Notes: a model not told the origin generated them from the sequence alone. DNA of 64,000 nt from Candidatus Omnitrophota bacterium (GCA_015233335.1 JADFXX010000006.1:1237-65236), one strand, 5' to 3'; positions 48,085 through 57,923 are shown, numbered from the stretch's first letter. Made by a program: numbers and translations.

Positions 48085-48822
48085 CTACTTTGCCGGCTTT
48101 TTTAGGCCTTTTTTTTGATGTTTGCGGCGGTATTGGGTGGGGCTGACTGATTCAATTTTCTCAAACATGCGGATAAATGATTCCAAATTCTGGTAACCCA
48201 GCCTGCTTGCAATTTCTGTGACTGTATAATCGGAATTTTTCAAAAGATCACAAGCTTGGGCGATCTTCACGGAAAGCCGGTACTCATTAAATCCCTGACC
48301 GGAAATCTCTTTAAAAATACGGCTGAAATATTTTGGGCTTAAACAAATTTGTTCTGCAACATCTTCCAGTGTGACTTTCTTGTCAAAATTGCGCTTAACA
48401 AACTGCCGGGCCTGCTCGATTTTGGCATGAATGCCATGTCCATAAGTAAAATTCTGGACTGCTTTCCCGGCAAGAAGTGATCGGATGGTCTCAAGGAGTT
48501 TAGCGGCATTAACAGGTTTTTCAATATAATCATCCGCACGGCCTTTAAGGGCGTCAATGGCAATGTCCTTGTTGCTCTGTCCGGTCAAAACGATCGTGGT
48601 CATTGAAGGCTTGATCCTCTTGATCTGGCGCAAAACTTCCATTCCAGGTATCTGAGGCATCACAGCATCAAGGATCACGAGATCAATCGCATTGGGTTTT
48701 TTTAAAATGGCTAATGCCTGAATCCCATCGGCCGCTTCTATCACAGCATACCCCTCCAGGCAATCCCGCAGCTCTTCACGGAATTCCTCATCGTCATCCA
48801 CAATTAAAATTTGGTAGGCCAT
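48085..48822 (-). CDS. Response regulator with AraC-type HTH output
   Basis: Receiver (ILIVDDDEEF, DLVILDAVMP) plus an AraC HTH pair (LSPKYFSRIFKE..., VTEIASRLGYQNLESFIRMFEK). Confidence 0.85.
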   Translation of the reverse strand: MAYQILIVDDDEEFREELRDCLEGYAVIEAADGIQALAILKKPNAIDLVILDAVMPQIPGMEVLRQIKRIKPSMTTIVLTGQSNKDIAIDALKGRADDYIEKPVNAAKLLETIRSLLAGKAVQNFTYGHGIHAKIEQARQFVKRNFDKKVTLEDVAEQICLSPKYFSRIFKEISGQGFNEYRLSVKIAQACDLLKNSDYTVTEIASRLGYQNLESFIRMFEKIESVSPTQYRRKHQKKGLKKPAK

Positions 48823-48860
48823 TCGATAAGTATACCCATTATTCCCCGATAAAACAATGA

Positions 48861-48893
48861 AAAAACCCGATCCTATTGCGGGATCGGGTTTTT
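48861..48893 (-). terminator. Intrinsic terminator between receiver gene and AraC-type regulator
   Basis: cccgatcc-tattgc-gggatcggg stem flanked by A- and T-runs. Confidence 0.55.
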
Positions 48894-48922
48894 CGACGAG
48901 AAGCCGGTTCTCCCATCAGAGA

Positions 48923-49378
48923 CTACGTCCCATCGGAATCATACTCCTTAACACGATTTCCTAGGGCAAACTCGATTTTACTGATGAGATTGACCGGCCT
49001 GAAGGGCTTAAGGATGGATGTTTTAATGCCGCATAATTTCATCATCAAAAGATGCTGTTTTTCCGTAAAGAAACCTGTCATCGCGATAATAGGAACGTCT
49101 TTTAAGAACATCGAATTGGTGAACTCATCAGCGATCTGAAAACCGCTTTTGGGGCTCATTTTCAAATCCAATAAAATAAGATCGGGTTTATTCTTAAGGG
49201 CGGCATCAAAGGCCTTACTGCCGTCGTTGATCGCAAGAACATCGTAGCCTCCGAGTTCCAGCATATGCTTTAATTCTTCTAGGAGCTCAACATTATCATC
49301 GACGATCAATATCCGTGGTTTTGGTATAGTCATTGAATTTATCTCATCCTGCTGATTTTTTAAATATGGACTTGGCAT
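48923..49378 (-). CDS. Single-domain response regulator
   Basis: RILIVDDN, DLILLDLKMSP and ILKP motifs. The start may be the internal MTIPKPR. Confidence 0.8.
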   Translation of the reverse strand: MPSPYLKNQQDEINSMTIPKPRILIVDDNVELLEELKHMLELGGYDVLAINDGSKAFDAALKNKPDLILLDLKMSPKSGFQIADEFTNSMFLKDVPIIAMTGFFTEKQHLLMMKLCGIKTSILKPFRPVNLISKIEFALGNRVKEYDSDGT

Positions 49379-49430
49379 GTCACTAATTTACTCTGCCAAT
49401 CTCCAACTGACAATGTCCCCTTTCCTCTTT

Positions 49431-49835
49431 TTACTGACTGTTTTCCACTATTCCTTTTGTCAATGTTTTAATCTGCCTCAAAAACTCTTTGACTATAAAA
49501 GGCTTATTCATCACCGCATCTGCCATTTTCAGAATCTGTTCTTCCCCATTGCCATCGACACCATTTTCTTTGAGCAACGCATTCCCCATAGGTTTTCCCG
49601 AAAGCACCAAAACTTTGAGAGGATGGGCACTTTTTTTGACGCTTTCAAGCACTCCATAGCCGCTCAATCCGGGAAGTTTCAAATCAAGCACGATGATCTG
49701 GTATTGCCTGACTCGTAAATACTTGAGCCCCTGTGCTCCGTCAAAGACGGTATCTACCTCAAAGCCCTCTGCCTCAAGGACTTCGGAGAGCTCTGTACAC
49801 AGTTCCTCATCATCATCAATGAGAAGGACTTTCAC
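49431..49835 (-). CDS. Single-domain response regulator
   Basis: VLLIDDDEEL, QIIVLDLKLPG and MNKP motifs. Overlaps the kinase gene by 20 nt. Confidence 0.85.
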   Translation of the reverse strand: MKVLLIDDDEELCTELSEVLEAEGFEVDTVFDGAQGLKYLRVRQYQIIVLDLKLPGLSGYGVLESVKKSAHPLKVLVLSGKPMGNALLKENGVDGNGEEQILKMADAVMNKPFIVKEFLRQIKTLTKGIVENSQ

Positions 49836-51006
49836 TTATATTTCTACTATGGATCGGCAATGCCACGGTCACGCTAGTCCCATGGCCCTGACAGCTCGTG
49901 ATCAGGATCTTGCCCTGATGTAAATGAACCAATTCGTTACAGATAGCCAGTCCCAACCCTGTGCCTTTGGATTTACGGGTGAAAAAAGGCTCAAAAACTT
50001 TGTCTAAATCTTCCGGGGCAATGCCTTCACCGGTGTCCTCAAAGATGACCTCAACCGTCTGGCTATCCTTACTGCATACTTTTAATTCCACACGTCCGTT
50101 GGGATGATGGATGGCCTGACAGGCGTTATTTAGAATATTAATAAAAACTTCCCTGATCTGATTGGCATCCGCATCTATAAAATCGAGCCCTTGAGCATAT
50201 TTTTTCTCAATGATGACCCCCTTCTGGCCAAAACGTTCCTGGGCCGTCGTAACGCATTCATCAAGAATATTAAGGAGATTAACATGTTCATAATTAGGGA
50301 TCTTAATGCGCGCGTAACTTAAAAGATTGTCGATGATCTGGTTGCCTTCCCAGACCTTTTTTTCAATATTCACCAGATGCTTGTTGGTGCTCAAATCGCT
50401 TTTCTCTCTTTTTAAATTATACGCGGCCAAATGAATGACCCCCAGCGGATTGCGCAGTTCGTGGGCCACGGTCGCGGCCAATGTCCCAATATCCGCCAAG
50501 CGGCTGTGATGCTTGAGCTCTTTCTGTGTCTTGAGCAGCTCCTTGGAACGTTCATCCACCAGCTGTGCCATAATCTTGTTGTCGCGTCTTAAGAATTCTT
50601 CAACCAGTTTTCTATCAGTAATGTCCACAATAGAGGCCAAAACACAAAGCCCCTGTTCGGTTTCAACCGGGGTCAATCCGATCTGGACCAAAATGTGCCT
50701 GCCGTCTTTTCTTAAAGCGGTAAGATCACGCCCGGCACCCATAGGCCGTGCTTGAGGATCATTGAGGAAACCGGAGCGCAGATCAGGATGATTGGCCCGG
50801 AATTGTTCAGGCATCAAACTTTCTACCTTCATGCCCAACAGCTCCTGACGGGTATATCCAAATAATGTTTCCGTAATTTTGTTGACCAGCAGGACCTGCC
50901 CTTTTTGGTCAACCATAACGTTTGCAACGGGGGAGAATTCAATGACCTCTTCTAAGACCGCGAGGGCGCTTGGAGACATAAGCTTGAGTATCTTATGCGC
51001 TGACAT
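49816..51006 (-). CDS. Cytoplasmic PAS-domain sensor histidine kinase
   Basis: PAS region, H-box VAHELRNPL, N-box NILNNACQA and G-box GTGLGLAIC. No TM segment. Confidence 0.85.
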   Translation of the reverse strand: MSAHKILKLMSPSALAVLEEVIEFSPVANVMVDQKGQVLLVNKITETLFGYTRQELLGMKVESLMPEQFRANHPDLRSGFLNDPQARPMGAGRDLTALRKDGRHILVQIGLTPVETEQGLCVLASIVDITDRKLVEEFLRRDNKIMAQLVDERSKELLKTQKELKHHSRLADIGTLAATVAHELRNPLGVIHLAAYNLKREKSDLSTNKHLVNIEKKVWEGNQIIDNLLSYARIKIPNYEHVNLLNILDECVTTAQERFGQKGVIIEKKYAQGLDFIDADANQIREVFINILNNACQAIHHPNGRVELKVCSKDSQTVEVIFEDTGEGIAPEDLDKVFEPFFTRKSKGTGLGLAICNELVHLHQGKILITSCQGHGTSVTVALPIHSRNISESPSH

Positions 51007-51073
51007 AAAAACACCTTATTGATATGTTTTCTGATGTGCCCCATAGTATATATTCCCACCATTTATTAAGCAA

Positions 51074-51137
51074 TAAAAAAACCCTGACAGGGTTTCCTGT
51101 CAGGGTTAAAAAGTAGGGGCCGAGATAAACTCGGCCC
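51074..51137 (-). terminator. Tandem intrinsic terminators after the 1522-aa gene
   Basis: Minus-strand hairpin gggccgag-tttat-ctcggccc is followed by ccctgacagg-aaa-ccctgtcaggg and UUUUUUU. Confidence 0.65.
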
Positions 51138-51146
51138 ATGCTTAGC

Positions 51147-54100
51147 TTATTTCACTAATTCATAAAGCGCCGGGACATTCTCCGGTGTCAACGGCGATAT
51201 CCTACGAATGATCGACGTCAAGCCGTTTAAATTCAGCATGGCCTTGTCCTGGAATTGCGGAGGCAGGGGCATCCCTGCACCGTCGACTTTGATGTTAATC
51301 GTCAAGTTTTCGTCGCTTAAGTTGATACCACCGACGTTCTTATTCAAAGGATTCATCGCCGGATTCACCGGTGCCGCAGGTGCGACTACCACAGGAGCCG
51401 GCACAACAGGAGCGGCTGGCACAGGCGCAAGACTTGCCTTAACAACAGGACTTGCATTGATCATACTGCCCATGTTTCTTAATCCATTCCTCTCGCGCTC
51501 CAACTGCCTATTTAGTCTTTTGTTAGCAGCTTCAAGCGAAGCTAGACTATCCTCAGCAGCCGAGACCGCGGCATTTAATAATGTGTCGTTACGATTTGGA
51601 ACTGTTAACCCAATCAGCTGACCTGTGACATCATTTCTTGTTTTTACGATCGTTCCTCTTTTAGCATTTTCAACCTGATCAACTAAAGCGGCGACTTGAT
51701 CTTTTATATCGACCTTCTTGCTGCCGATACTACGACCAAGCTTTGCGTTGATCTTTGCTGTCTTCACAGCCGGAGTGATCGTTTTATCAGCGAGAATACC
51801 ACTCACTATATCCCCTAACCTAGCATTATAATTTTCAATCTCACGGTCCAAGTCTTCCTGTACCTTTCTAGCTTGGGCTTGTTGGGCCATCATATTTCGT
51901 CTAATTTCTAGAACACCTGTCTCGTTGAAGCCATTTAACAATGCCCTTTGGGTTCCCGTAGTTCTATTCCAGGCTGTCAAATGACTAAAGGCAGGAGACG
52001 CTTTTGTTCCCGCCGCTATTGCCGATGCACGTGCAGCTTCTACTCTTTCACGTTCATCTTGGATATCACGCAAATACTGCCCAACATGGGCTCCTGATTT
52101 AAACTCTTCTTCAAAAGTAACCCCATGTTCGAAAGCACCTTTGGCTACAGCCAAAAGATCATCTCGTTTGACTGTTTTCTCGCTTTCAGTAAGGGCTGTG
52201 TCGCGATTCACTTGTGCTATCGCATCTCTGAAGGCCTTGTCTATAGCGTTGACGCTGTCCCTCAAGACACCGACATTTTTTGCATCAACTTGGGGAAGAT
52301 TCTGAATATCAGATTTCACCTGGCTGATCTGTTCATCCACATCTCTTAGTTCTGCCTGAAACCTGAGAACTCGGGCCCTGGAAGCATCAACTTCCTTTGC
52401 TAGATCTCTCCACTCGGGAGTATTCCGAAAATTTGCTTCTTCAATACCTTGGGCCTGTTGATCTCTGACCCATTGATCACGTTTAGCCTCTGAGCGGCTC
52501 AACACGCCTCTAACCTGTTGCAAAACATCATCCCTCTGCTTGCGCAGTTTAGTTAAGTCATCCAGCTGTCCGGTCAAACCTACAACGAGAAGCTTAGTTC
52601 CGGATGCCATGCTTTTAATTTGGTCTTCCAAGTCTCTGACTTTATTACTCGCTGCAATCACTTGCGGCGCAAGCGCGTCATTTATGGCTCTGGTATTATT
52701 AGGATTGCTCGCCAAAGCGAACAATTGATTATATTGCGCCCTTGCCGCATTTAATTGAGCTTGTAAATTATGCAGCGATGTTTGAGTAGCGGCAGTTGCG
52801 GCGGGTGTCGGCGTCGGCGTCGGAGTTGGTGTCGGAGTTGGTGTTGGTGTTGATGTTGATGTTGCTGCCGGCGCCGGTGCTGCCGACGGTAAAGCGGTCG
52901 CAGGCACAAAAGGAATACCCGCTCGAAGCGCTATAATTTCTTGTTCAAAATTATGGTGCTTTAACCTTAACACTGATTCTCGGGACTTGGATGCATCAAT
53001 TGCATCCTGAGTTGGTGCTGCAGCTCCTGATTTCGCCACTTGGTTCTGCATTTCTGCCAAAGTCTCGGTTTCAACAGCCCTAATCCCTTGTCTTAAATCT
53101 CTAATTCTTCTTTCAACACGTCTTTTTTCTCTATCTTCAGCTATTTTTAAATTGCGTTCCAGAACCCCTTTTTTCCCTATAAAGAAGCTTAGGAATTTAT
53201 CCTTTGCACGAGACAGCATTGAATTACATTTTGCCAAGGCATCTTTTGTAGCTGCTATTTGTGCGGCTCCAACTTCCCCTTGCCTCTGGTTTTGAGCAAG
53301 TCTTTCTTCTACAACAGGCAAAGGTTCTTCTGCATTTTTCTTCGTCCCTGCCCTATATGAACCATAAGCACCGGCGGCCCCTACAAGTACCAACGCGGCT
53401 AGTCCAAACTCTAAAGCTCTTTCTCGAGTTAGGTCATTTTGAACAGTCGCTACCAGTTTTTGTTCGTCCGCAATTTTTGTCTGGGTGAGTAAATTATCAG
53501 CTTTACTTTTTGCATCTGTCATGTTATCCAGCTGAGTTTGAAGACTCGAGATATCTTGTTCTTGGTCATCAAGTTGTAGCTTTTGGGAAGCATTATCAGC
53601 TATAAGCCCGTTGATTCTATCGAGATCTGCTTTCTTTTCTGCATCAGTTCTTGTTTTGTCATCTACTATCTGCTGTTTAGCCGCTGCAAGATTCTTAGAT
53701 GCATCTGCAAGCTGCTGTTTGCTTGTCGATAGATCACCTTTCAATCCTGTTATTTGTGTATTAAGATTTGTTCTTTCCGTTTCGAAATTCTTTTGTTGTT
53801 GATTATAGGCTTGAACATCTTGGGCGTGTTTCTGCTGTGCTACTGTCAAGAGACCATTGACCCTGTCTAACTCTGCTCCGGGCACCATATGCGATATTTG
53901 GTCCTCTAAACCTGCAATTTCTATGGTATCTTGATGCACGGTATTCGCTAAAGCTTGTATGGCCTCTGCATCACTTTGATGCTGAGCATTTAGATTAGCA
54001 ATTGTTGCCTTCATCTCTCTTTTGATGGCACCATCGGATTTTCCGCCAAACACGACCCGGAAAGTTCCGCCAATATTATCTACTATTACCTGCTCACCCA

Positions 54101-55715
54101 AATTCCCACCATAATCTACCACATGTCCTACCTGTACCAGTACCCATGGACCAGCTTTATCTCTGGTAAAACGATATACCCCTCCTGCCGCGTCCCATGT
54201 AAGTTTAGCAGCACCAACTGTTAATTCACCGACTGCCACAATAGGCACAACGATGATCTCACCGGTCCCGGTAACAAATAACTGAACATTCTTTAATTGT
54301 TCACGGTTGGAACCCACAAAACCTGCATACTGTTGATCTTTTGCGGCTTCTTCCGGCGTAATTTTTCTCCACATACTTTTACCAACATTATCCAAACCGT
54401 CTTGAGCTAATTTGAAAGTAAGCGGTCTATTGTCGGCAGGAGCTGTTGCGGTTGCGGGAGTGCCTGCAAAAACCTTACCAGACAAAGTTGCAAAAAGGGT
54501 AGCGACCATTAATATTCTGGCAGTTTTGCCCGCCATGGCACCTAATATCCGTGTTCCAAAACTCCGGCGCTCTGTGGTGACCCTTGCCCTCTCTTCAACC
54601 GGTAATGAGGCCATCGCATTTTCATTATAGCCCTTTACTCCTTCGCTAGGCGTCATGATCAACCCGCCCGAAAAATATTTCCTCGGGATCACCTGGCCGT
54701 CAGGGGTCGGGTCTTCTTTAATAAAGTTAAACACACCTTTTTTGTAGGCCCTTAAATACTGTTGATATATTTTCTCTTTAGCCTGCGGGTCATCCACCTG
54801 CTGGCCTGCTACCTTTGATTTATTTGCGAAAACTTGTCCTAAAAGGCTTTCTCTAAGCGTCTTTTTGAACCATGTGGCCATGATCTGTGCGTTATAAGCC
54901 TGACGGACAGCGGCAAAACTCTGGCCCTCATTAACTTCCTTCTCGATCGCCGGGATGATGATCTCACGAACGATGTCGGAGGCCATTTTTGTTTTTGCAT
55001 CAGCTATAGCATCTGTATTTGCCGGCTGAGCGCTGCCAAACTGTTCTTTATTTTTCTCTATGGCCATGTAGTCCTGCTCCAGCATGACCTTCAGATGGCT
55101 GGCCACTAAAAATGCGGTGTCATCTTTCTGATAAACATCCGCGTGATCAGCTACGATCCACACCTTATTAAAGGTATTGACATTGATATCGGTGGTGCCG
55201 AAACGGGCCTGCGCTTCACTGTAAACTTTTTCCCAAAACTTTTTACCTAAGCCATCTTCCGGATACATTAGGGAAGCTGTGAACTGCTTGAGGATATAGT
55301 CCTGAGCTAAAAGATCACGGCCCATTTCAGTTTGGCCAAAAATTTCAGGGATGAGACGGTTGGATTCATAAGGAGAAAGGTTGACCCACATGTCCTGATT
55401 AGGCATAGCCAAAGAAACCAAGAAATATTTAATGATCTTATTAAATTCATCTTTCTTGGCATCATCAGACATCGGGTTTTCGCCCTGATCCATAATAAAA
55501 TTAAAACTAAATGGATCCTTAAGGTCGACCTTAAGGCCCACCATTTGAGGCGGCTCAAAATGATGCGTGACATGGATCATCTGGCCAGGAGGAGGCATAA
55601 TGATCTGCACCTGTGCATAACTGGGCTGGGCCGGAAGCATCGCGGCAAACGCAGTCAAGACCGTAAACGCAATAACGCGAAATAACGGGGATTTTCTAAA
55701 GGTGTTTGTTCTCAT
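51147..55715 (-). CDS. Giant secreted/membrane-associated coiled-coil protein with conserved N- and C-terminal modules
   Basis: 1522 aa. Signal peptide and a ~350-aa globular N-domain (PPQMVGLKVDLKDPFSFNFIMDQGE...WVNLSPYE...GRDLLAQDYILKQ). Two internal hydrophobic segments and >900 aa of Q/K/D/A-rich coiled coil. (TP)n linker. C-terminal VGGINLSDENLTINIKVDGAGMPLP...module. Confidence 0.8.
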   Translation of the reverse strand: MRTNTFRKSPLFRVIAFTVLTAFAAMLPAQPSYAQVQIIMPPPGQMIHVTHHFEPPQMVGLKVDLKDPFSFNFIMDQGENPMSDDAKKDEFNKIIKYFLVSLAMPNQDMWVNLSPYESNRLIPEIFGQTEMGRDLLAQDYILKQFTASLMYPEDGLGKKFWEKVYSEAQARFGTTDINVNTFNKVWIVADHADVYQKDDTAFLVASHLKVMLEQDYMAIEKNKEQFGSAQPANTDAIADAKTKMASDIVREIIIPAIEKEVNEGQSFAAVRQAYNAQIMATWFKKTLRESLLGQVFANKSKVAGQQVDDPQAKEKIYQQYLRAYKKGVFNFIKEDPTPDGQVIPRKYFSGGLIMTPSEGVKGYNENAMASLPVEERARVTTERRSFGTRILGAMAGKTARILMVATLFATLSGKVFAGTPATATAPADNRPLTFKLAQDGLDNVGKSMWRKITPEEAAKDQQYAGFVGSNREQLKNVQLFVTGTGEIIVVPIVAVGELTVGAAKLTWDAAGGVYRFTRDKAGPWVLVQVGHVVDYGGNLGEQVIVDNIGGTFRVVFGGKSDGAIKREMKATIANLNAQHQSDAEAIQALANTVHQDTIEIAGLEDQISHMVPGAELDRVNGLLTVAQQKHAQDVQAYNQQQKNFETERTNLNTQITGLKGDLSTSKQQLADASKNLAAAKQQIVDDKTRTDAEKKADLDRINGLIADNASQKLQLDDQEQDISSLQTQLDNMTDAKSKADNLLTQTKIADEQKLVATVQNDLTRERALEFGLAALVLVGAAGAYGSYRAGTKKNAEEPLPVVEERLAQNQRQGEVGAAQIAATKDALAKCNSMLSRAKDKFLSFFIGKKGVLERNLKIAEDREKRRVERRIRDLRQGIRAVETETLAEMQNQVAKSGAAAPTQDAIDASKSRESVLRLKHHNFEQEIIALRAGIPFVPATALPSAAPAPAATSTSTPTPTPTPTPTPTPTPAATAATQTSLHNLQAQLNAARAQYNQLFALASNPNNTRAINDALAPQVIAASNKVRDLEDQIKSMASGTKLLVVGLTGQLDDLTKLRKQRDDVLQQVRGVLSRSEAKRDQWVRDQQAQGIEEANFRNTPEWRDLAKEVDASRARVLRFQAELRDVDEQISQVKSDIQNLPQVDAKNVGVLRDSVNAIDKAFRDAIAQVNRDTALTESEKTVKRDDLLAVAKGAFEHGVTFEEEFKSGAHVGQYLRDIQDERERVEAARASAIAAGTKASPAFSHLTAWNRTTGTQRALLNGFNETGVLEIRRNMMAQQAQARKVQEDLDREIENYNARLGDIVSGILADKTITPAVKTAKINAKLGRSIGSKKVDIKDQVAALVDQVENAKRGTIVKTRNDVTGQLIGLTVPNRNDTLLNAAVSAAEDSLASLEAANKRLNRQLERERNGLRNMGSMINASPVVKASLAPVPAAPVVPAPVVVAPAAPVNPAMNPLNKNVGGINLSDENLTINIKVDGAGMPLPPQFQDKAMLNLNGLTSIIRRISPLTPENVPALYELVK

Positions 55716-55899
55716 TTTATTCTCCTGGTTGATCCTTATATTTGCAATTGCATAGGGTTTAATAAATCTTTATATCTATCCACTTAATGGGGCCAACTAG
55801 ACCTCATTTAGTTGAAGTATAACATATGACTTTTCAAAATGCCAATCGACATTAAAAATTATTATAAGTCATTGGATTGTATGTAGTTATGAAATAAGA

Positions 55900-55964
55900 A
55901 GATTGCTTCGTCACCCTGCGGGCTCCTCTCAATGACACCACAAGAAGATCTCCCCGCAATGACA
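55900..55964. repeat. Short repeats AGATTGCTTCG...CAATGACAC (1.5 copies)
   Basis: agattgcttcgtcaccctgcgggctcctctcaatgacac plus agatctccccgcaatgacac, directly flanking the ctaB stop. Confidence 0.6.
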
Positions 55965-56849
55965 CTAAAAAAATAATTTTAGAAAACCGTCAGCTATGAT
56001 CAGGACTAGTAATAAAGGAAGGTAGATAATGGATGCCCCTAAAATCTTGCGGGCATCTGCATTGGAGCGGCTCTGTTGGAATAAAAAAGCTGTCAATAGA
56101 AGCATTGCTCCTAAAACTAATGCCCCCCAAAAATATATTTTCCCGGCCATACCCATCAGGGAGGGCAAAAGAGAAAATGCCGTTAACAAAAAACAAAATG
56201 GGATGATTTGTGAAAAAGTGAATTTGGCATCAGGATAAACAACGGGAAGCATTTTAAATCCGGCCTTTTTGTAGTCTTCCTTGAATATCCAGGCAATGGC
56301 ATAGAAATGCGGATGCTGCCAGGTGAATAGGATAAAAAAAAGCACCCATCCGCCGGGATCTAGATGATTCGCCGCCGCGGCCCATCCTCCCAAAGGCGGC
56401 AATGCGCCGGGAATGGCCCCGATGGTCGTGCAAACCCACGTCATTTTTTTCATGGGCGTATAAACTAAAACATATAAAAAACAGGCCAGCAGACTTAAAA
56501 AAGCTGTCAGTAGATTGACCTTCCAGCAAAGTGCCAATAGTCCTATTAAGATTAAACTGCTGCCAAATCCTAATGCAGAGGCCGGGGCTATAACACCCGT
56601 CGGCATAGGACGGTTTTTAGTGCGCCGCATCAAAGCGTCGGTGTCGCGTTCTAAATATTGATTAAGCACAGACGACCCCCCGCAGGTGCATGCCGAGCCC
56701 ACTAATGTCCATAACAATAAGCCCAAATGATGGATGCCATGGTCGGCAAAATAGAACCCTAAGGATGTGGTCACGAGAACCAGCATCACAATACCGGGCT
56801 TGGTCATTTCCCAATAGGCTTTATATAAATTTGGAGATTGCTTCGTCAC
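55965..56849 (-). CDS. ctaB: Protoheme IX farnesyltransferase (heme O synthase)
   Basis: UbiA-family motif NQYLERDTDALMRRTKNRP in a 294-aa polytopic protein. Confidence 0.9.
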   Translation of the reverse strand: MTKQSPNLYKAYWEMTKPGIVMLVLVTTSLGFYFADHGIHHLGLLLWTLVGSACTCGGSSVLNQYLERDTDALMRRTKNRPMPTGVIAPASALGFGSSLILIGLLALCWKVNLLTAFLSLLACFLYVLVYTPMKKMTWVCTTIGAIPGALPPLGGWAAAANHLDPGGWVLFFILFTWQHPHFYAIAWIFKEDYKKAGFKMLPVVYPDAKFTFSQIIPFCFLLTAFSLLPSLMGMAGKIYFWGALVLGAMLLLTAFLFQQSRSNADARKILGASIIYLPLLLVLIIADGFLKLFF

Positions 56850-56869
56850 TTCGTTCCTCGCAATGACAC
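56834..56869. repeat. Short repeat GAGATTGCTTCG...CTCGCAATGACAC
   Basis: Overlaps the ctaB start region. Same family as 20850 and 55900. Confidence 0.6.
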
Positions 56870-56876
56870 TATTTGT

Positions 56877-57878
56877 TCATCGTTTTGTAAATATGGTTTT
56901 AAATTGACCCCATGTTAAAGGGGCCGCACGCAAGACCATTAAAAAAGATACCCCTAAAACAATAGCTCCCAGTGTCACATGCAGGGTCGTTGTATAACTT
57001 TCCTTATGCGATAAAACAGTGGCGGCGCCTAAGGTAATCTGAATGAACACCGCCATATTCAACCAAAACAAAGATTGCAGGATCATAGGCCGGTTGAGGC
57101 ATTCTTTATAAACGATTTTGTTCAACCATAATAATTTTAAGAAAATCAATAGGGCCCAGAAGCGGTGTAAAAAATGAATGACCACCTGCCCCATGGTGAC
57201 CTCATCCATATTATTTTCAAAACGCCAGGCATTGATCCTGTTGAGCATCGCCTGATCAAAGGTCGGGATCAAGCCTCCTGCCATGGTGGGAAAATCCGGT
57301 ATGGCTAGGCCCGCCTGAGCATGGCGCATAAAATTTCCGATCACCAGCTGAATATAGATCATCCCCAATAAAAGCAGTGAAAAACGTAAAACCCGAGGGT
57401 TGGAGTTATCCCTACCGCTTTGATTTCTTTCTTGACTTAAAGCGTACGCTATGAAAATCAGAATGAGCAAGAATGTCTGAGCCAAGACCCCGTGAAAAAC
57501 GGCCAGCCATACCGGTAAAAAATATCTGACGGCCAAGCCTCCTAAAATGCCCTGTGCCGTCACTGTCACGAACGCGGCTATCCCAAGTCGTTTGATCCAT
57601 GCAGGCAACTCTTTTAGTTTGAGAAGCCATAGCGTTAAGATCAACGTCAGAAGTCCGATGATGGAAGCCAGCATGCGATGGGTGTGTTCGTACTTGATGC
57701 CTCCTGCCATTTTGTCCAAAGGATAAGCGAACATGAATTTGCCGTAGGTGGTGGGCCAATCAGGGACTGACAAGCCGGATTCGGTACTTTTGACCAAAGC
57801 GCCTAGCAGGATCAGAAGCAATGTTAAAAGGCAAAGGATTTTTGAAAAATGTTTTAGAGCTGTCAATTGAGATGCCAT
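56877..57878 (-). CDS. ctaA: Heme A synthase (COX15/CtaA family)
   Basis: Eight-TM protein with conserved His pairs. Likely start MASQLTALKHF; the 32 codons of the track ORF upstream of it read into family A copy 5. Confidence 0.8.
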   Translation of the reverse strand: MASQLTALKHFSKILCLLTLLLILLGALVKSTESGLSVPDWPTTYGKFMFAYPLDKMAGGIKYEHTHRMLASIIGLLTLILTLWLLKLKELPAWIKRLGIAAFVTVTAQGILGGLAVRYFLPVWLAVFHGVLAQTFLLILIFIAYALSQERNQSGRDNSNPRVLRFSLLLLGMIYIQLVIGNFMRHAQAGLAIPDFPTMAGGLIPTFDQAMLNRINAWRFENNMDEVTMGQVVIHFLHRFWALLIFLKLLWLNKIVYKECLNRPMILQSLFWLNMAVFIQITLGAATVLSHKESYTTTLHVTLGAIVLGVSFLMVLRAAPLTWGQFKTIFTKR

Positions 57879-57923
57879 AAAAAACTCCTTTAGCTTAGGA
57901 CTTACTCGAAAATGATGCATGGC

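Noticed and set aside
52790-52870. GT/GG-rich near-tandem hexanucleotide tract (ggtgtcggcgtcggagttggtgtt...)
   Set aside because: It is the coding sequence for the (TP)n/ST-rich linker of the 1522-aa protein. It is imperfect, so it is not a clean slippage-prone microsatellite and not a non-coding repeat.
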